The notes under the pieces are model-generated. The model was not told the DNA's origin. It was given only the letters and a program-made list of their open reading frames with translations, and searched no databases. A DNA stretch of 63,777 nucleotides, the filler included, from Chiloscyllium plagiosum (Eukaryota): assembly GCF_004010195.1 (NCBI RefSeq). It is 5 parts of one record of this genome, joined end to end, with 100 filler letters (N's around TTAATTAATTAA, not from the genome) between each part and the next. Parts side by side here need not be neighbours in the genome. Positions count along the whole stretch, not along the records: positions 1 to 31,114 come from NC_057712.1; positions 31,215 to 44,974 come from NC_057712.1; 3 more parts are not named here. One strand, written 5' to 3'. A program made the position numbers and the translations under genes. Of this stretch, positions 26,250-39,435 are shown in pieces; the first letter of the stretch is position 1, and each line of letters starts with the position of its first letter.

Positions 26250-29200
26250 CATCCAGTTGTCATATAGACGAGATACTATTTCATTGTCCTCCCTTCTGCC
26301 TTTAATGTAGTAGCCTTGATCATCACAAACGTGAAGCATCTTTGGAAGTTCGCCAAATTCCTGCTTCATAAGCAGTGCTTGGTTTTGCCTTGACTATTCT
26401 TTGTTCCTGTGAAGTTGGCCACCTTTTCCCATCATCCTTGTAGAGACGTAGCTGTTAACCATTCTGGTAGGAATTAAGACATAGCCATTTGTTGTACTTC
26501 ACACAAGCCACACTCCATTCTATCTGCCATACTCTTGCCCACTCTCAGGGCCTGTCTAAATCCCCTTAAAGCTCCTTTGCATCCTTCTCATAGATCACTA
26601 TCCAATGATGTTTTGTATCGTCTGCAAACTTGGAAGCATTATAATTGGACCCAATATCCAGATTATTGATTTTGCACAGTTGGTCCCCAAACGTTGTTCC
26701 TTGTGGTTCCCTGATGCCACATCTTGCAAACCTGAAAATGGCCCAGTTATTCCCACTCCTTGTTCACTATTCTCATTCTCATTCTCATTCTTATCCAAAA
26801 TCTTCTGAAATTTCGAATACACCACTAGTTTCCATTAGCCGATCTATAGCAGCATCCTCAATAAACACTGTCAGTGTTTGTCATGTATGATTCCTTCTTC
26901 ATACATCCAAATTGATTTTTTTGCAATCAGCTAATGATTTTCTAAATATTCAGAAACTCTTCGTAATAGATTTTAGTATTTTCCCTACTGATGTCAGGTT
27001 ACATGATCTTTAGTTTCCTGCTTTCTCTCTTGCTCCTTTCTTAAATTGTAGAATTGCATTTGTAACATTTCAATCTGCAGGTTCTGATTAGGAATTAATA
27101 GAATTTCAAACGTTGCTCACCAGTGCATGCATTATCTCAGTGGCCATCTCTTTCAACACTCTAGGGTTGTCAGTTTTTCTCCAATTAATTTCTCTAGTAC
27201 TACTTTTTCATTGATGCTGGCTCTTTCAGTCCAACATTATTTATAAACCCCTTAATCTTAATTATTTCATAACGATCCCTTGTGTCTTCCTCTGGAAGAC
27301 AGTCAAAATCTATTTGTTTAGTTTCTCTGCCATTTCTCTATTTCCTATTATAAATTCTCTTGTCTCTGCAATTATCTTTGCAAGCCTTTTCCTTTTTATA
27401 TGCCTATAAAAACTTTTACATTCTATTTTTAGGCTTCTTGCTATTTTGCATTGATATTCTATACCCTCTTCATCAATTTTTTTCTGTACTCCTTTGAGAG
27501 TGGCATGGTTAGCATCGCTGCCTTTGCAGCGCCAGGGACCCGGGTTTGATTCTATCTTCAGGCAACTGTGTGGAGTTTGTATGTTCTCCCCGTGTCTGTG
27601 TGGTTTTCTTCCAGATGCTCTGGTTTCCTCCCACAATTCAAAGATGTGCAGGTTAGGTGGATTGGCCATGGGGAATGCAGAGATGGGGTGGGTCTGGGTA
27701 GGATGCGCTTCAGAAGGTCAATGTAGGCTCGATGGGCTGAATGGCCTGCTTCCACAATGTAGGGATTCTTTGCTGAAAATGATGATTCTCCCAATTCACA
27801 GGCTTGGAACTCTTTTCAACAACTTTATAAACTTCCTGCTTTGACTAAATACTTTTGTATAACTTCCTTTGTTAGCCATGCTGTCACTTTTTCTGCTGGG
27901 CATTTTTGCCTGAAAGGAATGTGTGTTTATTGAAAACTAAGCATTAAATCTTTAAATGCTAGCCACTGTCTATCCACTGTCAAACGTTGCGATATATTTT
28001 TCCAGTCCACCACAGCCATATCCTCAAATTGCCCTTGTTTAAATTTAACACCTTAGTTTAAGATTATTCTGCATCGTTTTCAAAATTAATGGAAATTTCT
28101 ATCACACTGTGGTCACTATTCCCTTAAGAATTTTCACAAGATTATTAATTAGCCATTCCTCATCCCATATTACACGATCTACCAAATTGTTTTCTTGGTA
28201 TGTTGTACAAGAAAAATATCTTGAAAACATTCCAGGAATGCTTTCTCCCCTGCGTTTGTACACATGAGATTTACCCTAGTTTGAAGACACTGATGTTTAC
28301 TGTCCTTTCTCCTTGATAAATGCATCCCTAATTGTCTGATTTTTACCAGAACTGCATTAGCATTACAGCTTAGTCAGCTATAAACCTCTTCGAGCAATAT
28401 TTTCTGCTCATTGCTTCAATTCAATCAATTCACCTGTTTTATTGTGAATTATGCATGCATTCAGGTGGAGTGCATTTAATTCTTCCTTATTAACGCTGTT
28501 CTACAAAAGCAGTCCCTGATTTATGAATGTCCCATTTAAAAGTGTATGTATTTATGAACAAAATCCCAGACAAGAATGTATTGTTATTTATTTTAAAGTT
28601 CTAACATGTCAAAGTTTTCTTGTGCTTATAAATGGCTACTTTATATTGTACTGTACTTAACTTGCTTACCAATTGACTGACAAATAACTCAAGACTTGAA
28701 CCCATTTGTAACTCAGGGGGCTCTTTGTAATTTGATCTTGGTTAATTCTTTTCTGTTACCTTTTACTTTCATTTACAGATTTTAAATTCTAATTTTTATT
28801 ATATCTAAATTTCCTCTTGTGTTCCCATTCCTGTCCAGCTAGTTTAAACTCTCCTCAACAACACTAGAAAATCCCTCCATGAGGAAATAAGTCCTTGTCT
28901 TGCTGAGATGTAACCCATTTACTTTGAACAGGTCTCACTTTCCCTGGAACTGTCCCCAATACAGCAGAAAGCTGAAACCCTACCTCATGCATTACTTTCC
29001 AGCCACATGTTCATTTACTCAATCCACTAGCATGTGGCTATGGGAGCAATTCTTAGATTACTGGCTGAGAGGTGCTGTTTTCTGTCCCTTGTCTATCTCT
29101 AAATTCTAACTTTCAGGATCTCTTTTTTTACTAAGTCATTGGTGACAATGTGATTCATGATCTCTTTGCTTTTCACCCTCTCTCAAATGAATACCCTGAA

Positions 29201-29700
29201 GTCATTCTGGGACATCCTTGAACCTAGCACTAGGAAGGTCATGTCTTAGTTGTGTCTATGTTCACAGAAATACTTGTTTATTTATCTAGATATTGAATCC
29301 CTACCACTATTGCCCTTCCATTCTTCATCTCAACCCCTGTCCCACACTGCTGTGCAGAAGAGCCACTTTCAGTGTGACAAACTAGATTCCCAATACATTT
29401 CTCTGACAAATCATCAATATCCAAAGTAGAAAAATGGATGGTGAATGAGCTAGACTCCTCTTGTACAACTGACAGCTCTCTCTAGTCTGCCTGGTGGCCA
29501 CCTATTCCCTCTTTGCCTACTTGCTCCTAATCTACAGTGCAATCGATTTGTCAAGCATGCCAATTCATGTGGTCCTCAGTTTTGCAGATGCACCACTGTG
29601 ACTCCAGCTGCCAGCTTAGTTCCAAAACCAGACCTCAAGCTTTTGCAACTGGAGACACTTGCTGCACTAGTGATCATCTAGGGCACATGAAGCATCCATG
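26250..29700 (-). mobile_element. Heavily degraded near-full-length CR1
   Basis: Collinear remnants of RT (VY..FQK..DK, KSFYRHIKRKR), APE and ORF1 regions. Confidence 0.65.
27500..27768 (+). mobile_element. HE1-type V-SINE nested in CR1
   Basis: GGTTAGCA..GCCAGGGACCCGGGTTTGATTC..GTTTCCTCCCACA. Confidence 0.85.
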
Positions 29701-30766
29701 TATCCTCACGTGGCACAGGATGGGCATTGTATACAGCCATGCTATCCTACCAAAGTGAAGTCAAAGAAGCAGCAAGTAAATAAATCATCAACCAGCTCCA
29801 ATGAGTCGAGCTCTGTAGGGTTCTTTTCCTCACCTACTCCTTTAGGTACTGCTGATTGTGTGTCTCAGTGTCTCCTCCTTCCTGTTATGTTAGGTGTTGC
29901 AGACTGCCTTTTATGGGCTAAGAGGAGAGGTACCGGAGGGAGAGACTGGAATCAAAAGAACAGAGAATATAGAGCAAGGATTTAAAGTATCAGAGGAAGT
30001 TGGAGGAACAGGAATGGAGAAGATCACAAAGGGATTTAAATACAAGAATGAGAATTTTAAGCATGGACGAGTGAGTATTAGGAGCTAAGTGAAGACAGGG
30101 GTGATAAATGAAAAAGATTTGGTTCTAGGACAAGAAGAAGGCGGTTCAGGTGACGTGGAGTTCAGAGAGTATAGGAAACAGTACAGGGCCAAAAGGTCAA
30201 TGTGAAGGTATAAGCATTCTAGTAATAGATGGACTGAGGTTGGGGTGAACGTGGAGAGTGTTATTTAGGTGGAGTTAGACCATGTCTCCCCAAGTTAGTC
30301 TCCCTTCAGCCAGATGTCCCAAATCATAAAGCTCCTCGGTGAGGAGGGATAAACTACAGTCTCCCCTTCTTTATTCCTGCAGCCTCTCAATTATTCACAA
30401 TAAGGTTAATTTGAAAAGGGTCCTTCCAATTTTGATACCTTTCTCCCAGGCCAAATTAATTCATGTTTTAAAAGCGACCAATTTGATTAGACTTTCTTGA
30501 GTTAATAAAAGGGTGAGGTTATTTTTGTTTCAGTTCATTGGTTACAAAAGGAGAAAAGGAAGAATAATATAATGCACAAGGATTACAGGACTAAGATGAG
30601 AGCCCAAAAATGATAAAAGTTAAAAGACCTCTGGGTCAATTATGAAGAGTAGCTAGTGGAAAATTGATAGTGGAACAGTAGATTTCACAATTTGCAGAAA
30701 CATAGAATCATATAGTACAGACGAAGAGCTTCAGTCCCTCACGTTTATATTGTCAAAAATATACTT

Positions 30767-31114
30767 AGAGTCATAGAGTCATAGAGATGTACAGCATGAA
30801 AACAGAACCTTCGGTCCAACCAGTCCATGCCGATCAGATATCCCAACACAATCTAGTCCCACCTGCCAACACCCGGCCCATATCCCTCCAAACCCTGCCT
30901 ATTCATATACTCATCCAAATGCCCCTTAAATGTTGCAGTTGTACCAGCCTCCACCGCTTCCTCTGACAGCTCATTCCATACCCGTACCACCCTCTGTGTG
31001 AAAAAGTTGCCCCTTAGGTCTCTTTTATATCTTTCCCCTCTCACCCTAAACCTATGCCCTCTAGTCCTGGACTCCCCTATCCCAGGGAAAAAACTTTGCC
31101 TATTTACCCTATCC
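30767..31114 (-). mobile_element. Family-Y CR1 3' end (runs into gap)
   Basis: RGNFFTQRVVRVWNEL; reverse tail AGAGTCATAGAGTCATAG. Confidence 0.92.
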
Positions 31115-31214
31115 NNNNNNNNNNNNNNNNNNNNNNNNNNNNNNNNNNNNNNNNNNNNTTAATTAATTAANNNNNNNNNNNNNNNNNNNNNNNNNNNNNN
31201 NNNNNNNNNNNNNN
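31115..31214. other. Assembly gap linker N44-TTAATTAATTAA-N44 (also 44975-45074, 55987-56086, 61172-61271)
   Basis: Identical 100-nt construct four times; the 12-mer gives stops in all six frames. Confidence 0.97.
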
Positions 31215-32027
31215 AATTTGAAAGCTGGGTACAGGATTAAGGATAGGATTCTTGTCAGTGTGGAGGAACAGAGGGATCTTGGTGTGCAGGTACATAGATC
31301 CCTTAAAATGGCCACCCAAGTGGACAGGGTTGTTAAGAAAGCATATGGTGTTTTGGCTTTCATTAACAGGGGGATTGAGTTTAAGAGTCGTGAGATCTTG
31401 TTGCAGCTCTATAAAACTTTGGTTAGACCGCACTTGGAATACTGCGTCCAGTTCTGGTCGCCCTATTATAGGAAAGATGTGCATGCTTTGGAGAGGGTTC
31501 AGAGGAGGTTTACCAGGATGCTGCCTGGACTTGAGGACTTATCTTATGAAGGAGGTTGACTATGCTTTGGAGAGGGTTCAGAGGAGGTTTACCAGGATGC
31601 TGCCTGGACTTGAGGACTTATCTTATGAAGAGAGGTTGACTGAGCTCAGACGTTTTTCATTGGAGAAAAGGAGGAGGAGAGGGGACTTAATTGAGGTATA
31701 CAAGATAATGAGAGGCATAGATAGAGTTGATAGCCAGAGACTATTTCCCAGGGCAGAAATGGTTAACATGAGGGGTCATAGTTTTAAGCTGGTTGGAGGA
31801 AAGTATAGAGGGAATGTCAGAGGCGGGTTCTTTACACAGAGAGTTGTGAGAGCATGAAATGCGTTGCCAGCAGCAGTTATGGAAGCAAAGTCATTGGGGA
31901 CATTTAAGAGACTGGTGGACATGCATATGGTCACAGAAATATGAGGGTGCATACATGAGGATCAATGGTCACCACAACATTGTGGGCTGAAGGGCCTGTT
32001 CTGAACTGTACTGTTCTATGTTCTATG
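31215..32027 (+). mobile_element. CR1 3' end (another subfamily)
   Basis: RDLGVQVH..LYKTLVRPHLEYCVQFWSP..RGDLIEVYK; tail (TTCTATG)n. Confidence 0.92.
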
Positions 32028-32657
32028 TCTTGTTTTCACACTGCTCCAATAAATACTACCGCTGCATAATTACATCCAAATTTACAGTCTTAATAATGGT
32101 ACTGCTGCATTTTCAAGCCTCCAATATTCATTAGATCAATTCTTTTGTTTGGGTGCATGTACTTAGTAAGTTAAATGTTTGGCTCATCTGTGGGGAGCAG
32201 CTATTAGGAGACTCTGTAGGTAATTGAAATAGTAAATAATATAGAAAAAATGTAATCACAAAGATTACTTTAATTTAAACCATCATCTTCAGTCATGTGC
32301 AGTTCAAGTGGAACTGTGAGTCTAATTCCCATTGCATTCAAGGATGTTGTGCATTACAGTAGTCCTCTGTAGTAAATCTCTATCAAAAGATCCTAGCAGT
32401 TCAGAGCCTCTGCTCAAATGTTGTTTCTAAATGGGTGTTGATGAACATGCTCTACATGTCATAGAGAGATAGAGATGGAGTGAATTTAGCACCTTGCAAA
32501 ATAGTTTTACAAAATACAGGTATTACAAGCAATTTAGTGCTTGTAATAGCAAATTGGTAAATGTATGGTCCTCTGCATTATTAAAATCATGATTGCTTAA
32601 CACATGAAATAATGCAAATATTAATTGAATACTGGCATTAATTTCTAACCAGTTGAG

Positions 32658-32812
32658 TTTGGATGGGTATATGAATAGGAAGGGTTTGGAGGGATATGGG
32701 CCGGGTGCTGGCAGGTGGGACTAGATTGGGTTGGGATATCGGGTCGGCATGGATGGGTTGGACCGAAGGGTCTGTTTTCATGCTGTACATCTCTATGATT
32801 CTATGACTCTAT
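32658..32812 (+). mobile_element. Short family-Y CR1 3' end
   Basis: Matches the family-Y 3'UTR and tail. Confidence 0.9.
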
Positions 32813-34236
32813 CAGTACGTGAGAATAAAAGTTGCTTGTTGCACTGATTACCAATTATTTGAAATCTTTAACGGAAGACTGGGGTATTACTCTCTACAAC
32901 AATATCTGAGCTAAAAGTTAACAGAATCATTTTTTACTCGCACAACTGGGGTTTACACCAAACATCTGGTCAAGTTATGGTAGCAGAACATGAGAATCCC
33001 CAAGAATGCCCAGATGTATGTACACAAACTTCAAAGTGCCCAAAATATTTTAAAAATAAGAGAAAATAAAACAATAATTTTCATTTTTTCGAACATTGGA
33101 ATAGGTAGATATTAATAAATAAATGCTAATCTACAGGGTAACTGATAACCTCTGATTAATGTTTAGCCTTCATTTTACTTCAGAATAAACCCTGTTACAG
33201 CAATTAGCCCTTAAAAAAACAGAGGGACCAGTGAAATTTATGTCATAGAACAGGCTGAATTCATTTTTAAGAGACTGTGCTTCCTCTAACAGGCCTGAAA
33301 GTAGGCACAATTCTCAACAGGGAGGGAAGGGTTGACTGGCAAATTCATAAAGTGACACTCTGGGCCCATTCAAGGAAGTGGTGGCATATTCACTTTAGAT
33401 TTTCTACTGGCAGACTCCTGTATTGGCTCCTGCATTCAGCATTGTAATCCCACTCAAAACAATGAAGACCGAATTAAAATGTTGTAGACAGGACAGAATT
33501 AATTTGTTCCATACAAGGATGGTAAGTAAGATGGCATAATAAAATAATGATAATATTCTTCACATACATAGAACAACATAAAGTTGCTGAACATATCTGA
33601 TAAACATACATTGAATGTGCCAGAAAAGGTTAGAAATAGTACTTTCCAGTGCAAGGAAGAACTTAGAGGCTGCCAAACAACCTTTCTGACATAGAATACT
33701 TACTTCAATTGTAAACTATTTTTCCTTCAGATTTTAATTGCTATTGGAGATCAATATTTTTCCCTTGCTTCATTTCACAAGCTTAATCTTACTTGATATA
33801 GAACACATTATTCTGACAGCTTCTAATACAGGTGCCACTACCTTTTAATAATTCCTCAACCTGATGTAAAGGCAATATGAAGTTCCTTGTCTATTCACAC
33901 AGGTCTAGAGAACACTATGCTGTTTTGTTGCTATTTTATGTGTTCCATAGGCTGTTGCCATTGTCTCCAAAGGTCCACATAAAGTCCATGTGCAAATGTA
34001 AAGGAATTGAATGGTGCTAAGATGCCCGAGTACAGCTAATAGAGCCAAAATACCTCTGTTAAAGCCATAACTAATCCTTTCCATTATTTTACATTGGGAT
34101 GAAACAAGACATGTGCAGTGCTGAAGATAGTTTACAGATTTTTCAGGTAATTTTACCCATTTTACTCACTCAACTGTTTGGTTCATCAAACAGCAGTTAG
34201 CAAGTGGCACATCAATCTCATGATTTATTAATAATA

Positions 34237-34448
34237 GAATCCTTACAGAGTGGAAACAGGCCCTTCGGCCCAACAAGTCCACACTGACTCTCCGAAGAGT
34301 AACCCGCCCCAGACCAACGCACCTCATCTACACATCCCCGAGCACTATGGCCAATTCACCTAACCTGCATACCTTTGGATTGCAGGAGGAAACCGGAGGA
34401 CCCGGAGGAAACCCACGCAGACACGGGGAGAATGTGCAAACTCTACAC
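34237..34448 (-). mobile_element. HE1-type V-SINE, 5'-truncated
   Basis: Reverse V-domain GGAGGAAACCCACGCAGACACGGGGAGAATGTGCAAAC. Confidence 0.88.
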
Positions 34449-34454
34449 ATTATA

Positions 34455-35421
34455 ATAATGAAAGTTATGGTTTGGGATAATGTCTCTAATTTAATGCAAA
34501 AATTAAAGGAGTAATGAGGTTTGTTTTGAAGGCTACGTGACATCATACCTGTTTAATTCATTTGGTTGAGATGAAAGGAAATCCATATTGTTTTACTGAA
34601 AGGATATTTAAGATGGAGACACGTGGAGACAATGGCAACAGCCTTTGTACTGGCTGTCTCTAAAGTATCCAAAGTCCCAGAGAAATGTTGCAAATGTCTC
34701 GTTAAAAGAATTGTGCAATACATTGTCTATTTAATTTCAAGATTAAGAAAAGAGTTGGTGCCTCAAGGATAGCTATTCAAAATTTCTATCTGGATACAGG
34801 ACCCATGTGATTCCTATTGCCATAGAGATGCACTTTGAGAGGGAGTGCATCTAAGGGGGATAAGCCTAAAAACTTATACACAATGTTAGTTTGTCAGGAT
34901 CTCGGGAAGAACGAGCAACTAGAAATCCCAACAGTTCACTACATAGGAGGGCAGGTGGGAGGATACGTTTGGACTGAAATGACCAAATTTGTATGGAGTT
35001 GGAAGATTTGCTGAGTTTGTGCTGAAGGGACAATTGCTAGGGTAAACCCCAATTATGAGTATTGGATCCGTGGTTAAACATTTCCAGACTGGGAAGGGAA
35101 AAGATGGAAGTAAGCCCTCAGGAATCAAGTTTTCCTTTTAATGGAAAATTGGAAAATGGAAATGGAGACTCACTTTGGAGAACTGAATGTCTATTTAAAA
35201 GACAGTGCAATTTCGGACTGTAAAATGAATCTTTTGATTGCTTTAAAACTTAAAGGGGGAAATATGGCTCTGCAATTCAAGTTTAGTCAATGGTAGTTTT
35301 TTCTCATCTGTTTATTAAAGTAGAATCTTAAAATGTGAAATCTTGCTGTGTTATCATTTTCAGATATTCACTAAAAGATCAGATGAATTTTAAAAATTAC
35401 CGACATCTACGGAATCATAAC
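34455..35421 (+). mobile_element. Possible solo LTR
   Basis: Non-coding, ATTAAA followed by an end in ATCATAACA; similar end at 53913. Confidence 0.3.
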
Positions 35422-35920
35422 ATTACCCGTAGAATATGCAAAATAATAGTAACTGACAGCACATTATTACATTCCAAACTCATTGAAAGAACCATTGAAT
35501 CCAAGTTCTCTCCAACTGGCACAACCAAGGACTTTATACAACTTCATAGTTGATGTAATCCATTAAAAATGTCTGGAATAAATAGAAGTGGAAATCTCTG
35601 GTCCTTCTGGCAGACGCGACCTTGCTTCCATGAGGAATGCAGAAAAGAGCCAGAAGTCCAGAGTTCTGCTGACTCATGGCATTATGCATGGATTCACACA
35701 GTGCTCTGTAAAGGATTCCGCTTTAGCCCACCAATTGCACAGCACTGACACTGGTATACAGCTTGGAATACTGAAGATGGATAAATTTGTCAGGTAAGGG
35801 CACAGCAAACTCCTTAATACCAGCCTCAGTTCAGCTTCAGTACATAAAGATTTTATCCATCAACAAAGAGCCTTTGTCCTTAATCACATGTATGCCCAAA
35901 TGAATCATCTAATTTTCAAA

Positions 35921-36108
35921 GTTAAAACTCACACAACACCACGTCAGGTTCCAACAGGTTTATTTGGAGGCACTAGCTTTTGATGTTCAGGTGGTTGATG
36001 ACTTGATGAAGGAGCAGTGCTTCGAAAGCTAGTGCCTCAAAATAGACCTGTCTTGTGTGATTCTTAACTTGGTCCACTCCAGTCCAACACCGACACTTCA
36101 AAATCATG
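35921..36108. mobile_element. Fold-back family-B Penelope-like insertion
   Basis: Inverted arms; TTGATGAAGGAGCAGTGCTTCGAAAGCTAGTG; TSD TCTAATTTTCAAA (35908-35920, 36109-36121). Confidence 0.82.
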
Positions 36109-36431
36109 TCTAATTTTCAAATTTGACTTGGATCATTATTTTCTGAGGACTGACAATAGATGACTGGAACAACTTTCTGGACATTTTTGTTCTTTGTAGG
36201 TAAATACTCTAAGTGTCCTTCACATTTTTCAGCGTGAGTTTACAGTTACTATAGCTCCATTGTATTATTCAAATTCACCTTTTGTACTTTCTACCCATTT
36301 GGGATTACAACCATCTTCTTCCCATTTGCTGTAATAGAATATACAAGAACATGCATTCTTTCTTCATCCCTATGGAATGTCTTCAATCTCAGGAACCTCA
36401 TTAAATCCAATGCTCCAATTATAGCATGGTG

Positions 36432-37162
36432 AGGTGAGATGGAGAGGTTCTGTTGTTCAGTGAGATGAAGAGGGGCTGTTGCTCAGTGGGATTGAGAGGT
36501 TCTGTTGTTCAGTGGGATGGAGAGGTTCTGTTGTTCAATGGAATGGAGAGGTTCTGTTGTTCAATGGGATGGAGAGGTTCTGTTGCTCAGTGGGATGGAG
36601 AGGTTCTGTTGTTCAGTGGGATGGAGACGTTCTGTTGTTCAGTGGGATGGAGAGATTCTATTAGGCGAACGTGAGGACTGCAGATGCTGCATTCCTGATG
36701 AAGGGCTTTTGCCCAAAACATCAATTTTCCTGCTCCTCGGATGCTGCCTGACTGCTGTGCTTTTCCAGCAACACTCTAATCTAGAGAGGTTCTGTTGTTC
36801 AATGGGATGGAGAGATTCCGTTGTTCAGTGGGATGGAGATGTTCTGTTGCTCAGTGAGATGGAGAGGTTCTGTTGCTCAATGGGATGGAGTGGTTCTGTT
36901 GCTCAGTGGGATGGAGAGGTTCTGTTGCTCAATGGGATGGAGTGGTTCTGTTGCTCAGTGAGATGGAGTGGTTCTGTTGTTCAATGGGATGGAGAGATTC
37001 CGTTGTTCAGTGGGATGGAGATGTTCTGTTGCTCAGTGAGATGAAGAGGGGCTGTTGCTCAGTGGGATTGAGAGGTTCTGTTGCTCAGTGGGATGGAGCA
37101 GTTCTGTTGCTCAATGGGATGGAAAGGTTCTGTTGTTCAGTGGGTTGGAGAGGTTCTGTTGT
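36432..37162. repeat. 26-nt minisatellite (GTTCTGTTGYTCARTGGGATGGAGAG)n, ~23 units
   Basis: Direct reading of tandem units; interrupted at 36663-36783. Confidence 0.95.
36663..36783. mobile_element. Inverted family-A Penelope-like insertion in the minisatellite
   Basis: Reverse tail GTGAGGACTGCAGATGCTG joined to ATTCCTGATGAAGGGCTTTTGCCCAAAAC. Confidence 0.8.
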
Positions 37163-39228
37163 GTCTTCACTATAAATTGGCCTGCCTTTTGTTTCACCTC
37201 CTGCCTTCAATCCAGCAGCATCCAATGCCTTCCTGATAAACAACATTCTGCGGCCAGATTTCAAATCGTTATGGCAACTGAGATTCTCAAAGCACATCTG
37301 GATGATGATTATATTGAACAGCTCTAACATGCTTGGGTGACTTTGATTACACTGGAGTTCTCTGGCATGTAACTTGCTAATAGGCCTGGCAACGGTCCCC
37401 ATCCCAAGGTCTATATTGAGAGCCCCAGTTTATGTGAGTTTATCTGCTACTAACAATTTTCTCTGTATTGACATTTCCTTCAAACCATATGCAATGTTGT
37501 TCATTTGACTCGGTCAGGCAGTTCTGCCATAAACAGAGAAACATTTTCAACATCCAACAACAACAGCATCTTATATTTATAGCACCTTTACCGGAATAAA
37601 ACATCACAAGGTGCTTCAGGAGCATTATAAATCAAATTATTATGTTGAATAATATTAGGTTAGATAGTCAACAGCTCAGCGAATGACTGTGAAGGACAGT
37701 TTTGACAGAAATTGAAACAGAGCAGAGAGATGGAGAGATGCAGGGACAGAATTCCAGCAGTTAGAGTCAGGACAGCTGAAGGGGCAGCCACCAATGGTTG
37801 AGAATTGAAATCAGGATTGCACAAAAGACAGAATTAGAGAAGCACAGATATCTCAGAATGTTACAGGGCCTGAGGAGTTGAAAGAGGTAGAGTCATAGAG
37901 TTGGACAGCATGAAAACATATTCTTCCGTCTAACTCATCTATGCCAACCAGATATCCTAAACTAATCTAGTCACATATGCCAGCATGTGGCCCACAGCCC
38001 TCTAACCCCTTCCTATTCATGTACTCATGCAGTTACCTTTTAAATGTGGTAATCATACCAGCATCCACCACTTCCACTGGCAATTCATTCCATACACACA
38101 CCACCTTCTGTGTGAAAGATTGCTCCTTGGGTCCCTTTTAAATCTTTCCCCTGTCACCTTAAACCAATGCCCTCTAGTTTTGCACTTTCCTACCCTGGGA
38201 TAAAGACATTGGCTATTCACTCTATCCATGCCCCTTATGATTTTATAAATCTCTAAAAGGTCACCCCTCAGTCTCTGACTCTCATGAGAAAACAACCCCA
38301 GCCTATTCAGCCTCACCCTCTATCTCAAATCTCCAACTCTGGAAACATCCTTGTAAATCTTCTCTGTATGCTTCAAGTTTAACAATATCTTTGCTATAGC
38401 AGGGAGAGCAGAATTGAATGGAGTGCTGTCCACTACAGCACTAATTTTGGTGTCATCTGCAAACCTACTAACAATTCCTCCTACATTCACATCCAAAGCA
38501 TTTATAAAAATAATAAAATTCAGTGGACTAAGTATCAATCCTTGTGGGACACGCTTGTCACAGGCGTCCAATCCAAAACTGAACTCTCCACCACCACCTT
38601 CTGTGTCCTACTTTCAAGATAATTTTGTATCCAAATGGCTAGTTCTCCCAGTATTGCATGTGATCTAACCTTGCTAACCAGACTACCATGTGGAACCTTG
38701 TTGAACACCTTGCTGAAGTCCATATAAACAACATCCTCTCCCTCCAGCAACTGTCCCATCATTGATGTCAAGCTCACATGTCTACAGTTCCCTGGCTTTT
38801 CCTTACTATCTTTCTTAAAAAATGACACCACATTAGCCACCCTCCGATCTTCTGGCACCTCATCCATGGTTATCAATGATACAAATATCTCAACAAGGGG
38901 CCCAGCAATCACTTCCATAGCTTCCCACAAAGTTCTGGGATAAACCAGATCAGGTTCAGAGGATTTATCCATCTTTATGCGTTTTAAGATGCCCAGAACC
39001 TCCTCCTCAGTAAAATGGACAATTTTCAAGATATCACTGGTTATTTCTCCAAGTTCTCTATCTTCCATGTCCTTCTCCACAATAAATACTGATTGGAAAT
39101 ATTTGTTTCATACCCCACCATCTCCTGCAGTTCCGCACAAAGAATGCGTTTATGATCTTTAAGGGTCCTATTCTCTTTTTGATTACTCTTTTATCCTTAT
39201 TGTACTTCTCAGGTCCCTTTGGATTCTC

Positions 39229-39435
39229 GAGGAGAATCTGGAGATGCTGGAGATCAAAGTTGAAACTTTATTGCTGGAACAGCACAGCAGGTCAGGCAGC
39301 ATCCAGGGAGCAGGAGATTCGACGTTTCGGGCACAGGCCCTTCTCATTCCTGAAGAAGGGCCTGTGCCCGAAACGTCGAATCTCCTGTTCCCTGGATGCT
39401 GCCTGACCTGCTGTGCTGTTCCAGCAATAAAGTTC
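39229..39435. mobile_element. Young fold-back family-A Penelope-like insertion
   Basis: 81-bp arms 39264-39344 / 39354-39434 with a single G-T; TSD CCCTTTGGATTCTC (39215-39228, 39436-39449). Confidence 0.9.
39346..39381 (+). ncRNA. Minimal type I hammerhead ribozyme motif (family A), intact core
   Basis: ATTC-CTGAAGA-A-GGGC-CTGT-GCCC-GAA-ACGT-C-GAAT: stem I ATTC/GAAT, stem II GGGC/GCCC, GUC cleavage triplet ending at 39377. Confidence 0.78.

Noticed and set aside
31159..31170. TTAATTAATTAA palindrome repeated four times in the window
   Set aside because: Always centred in N44..N44; an artificial all-frame-stop scaffold linker
31483..31641. ~80-nt tandem duplication within CR1 ORF2
   Set aside because: Near-identical copies close to a gap; local duplication or assembly error, no functional sign
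36453..37327. ORFs with repeating FCCSMGW/VQWDGE motifs; CRISPR-like periodicity
   Set aside because: Translation of a 26-nt tandem repeat with no unique spacers
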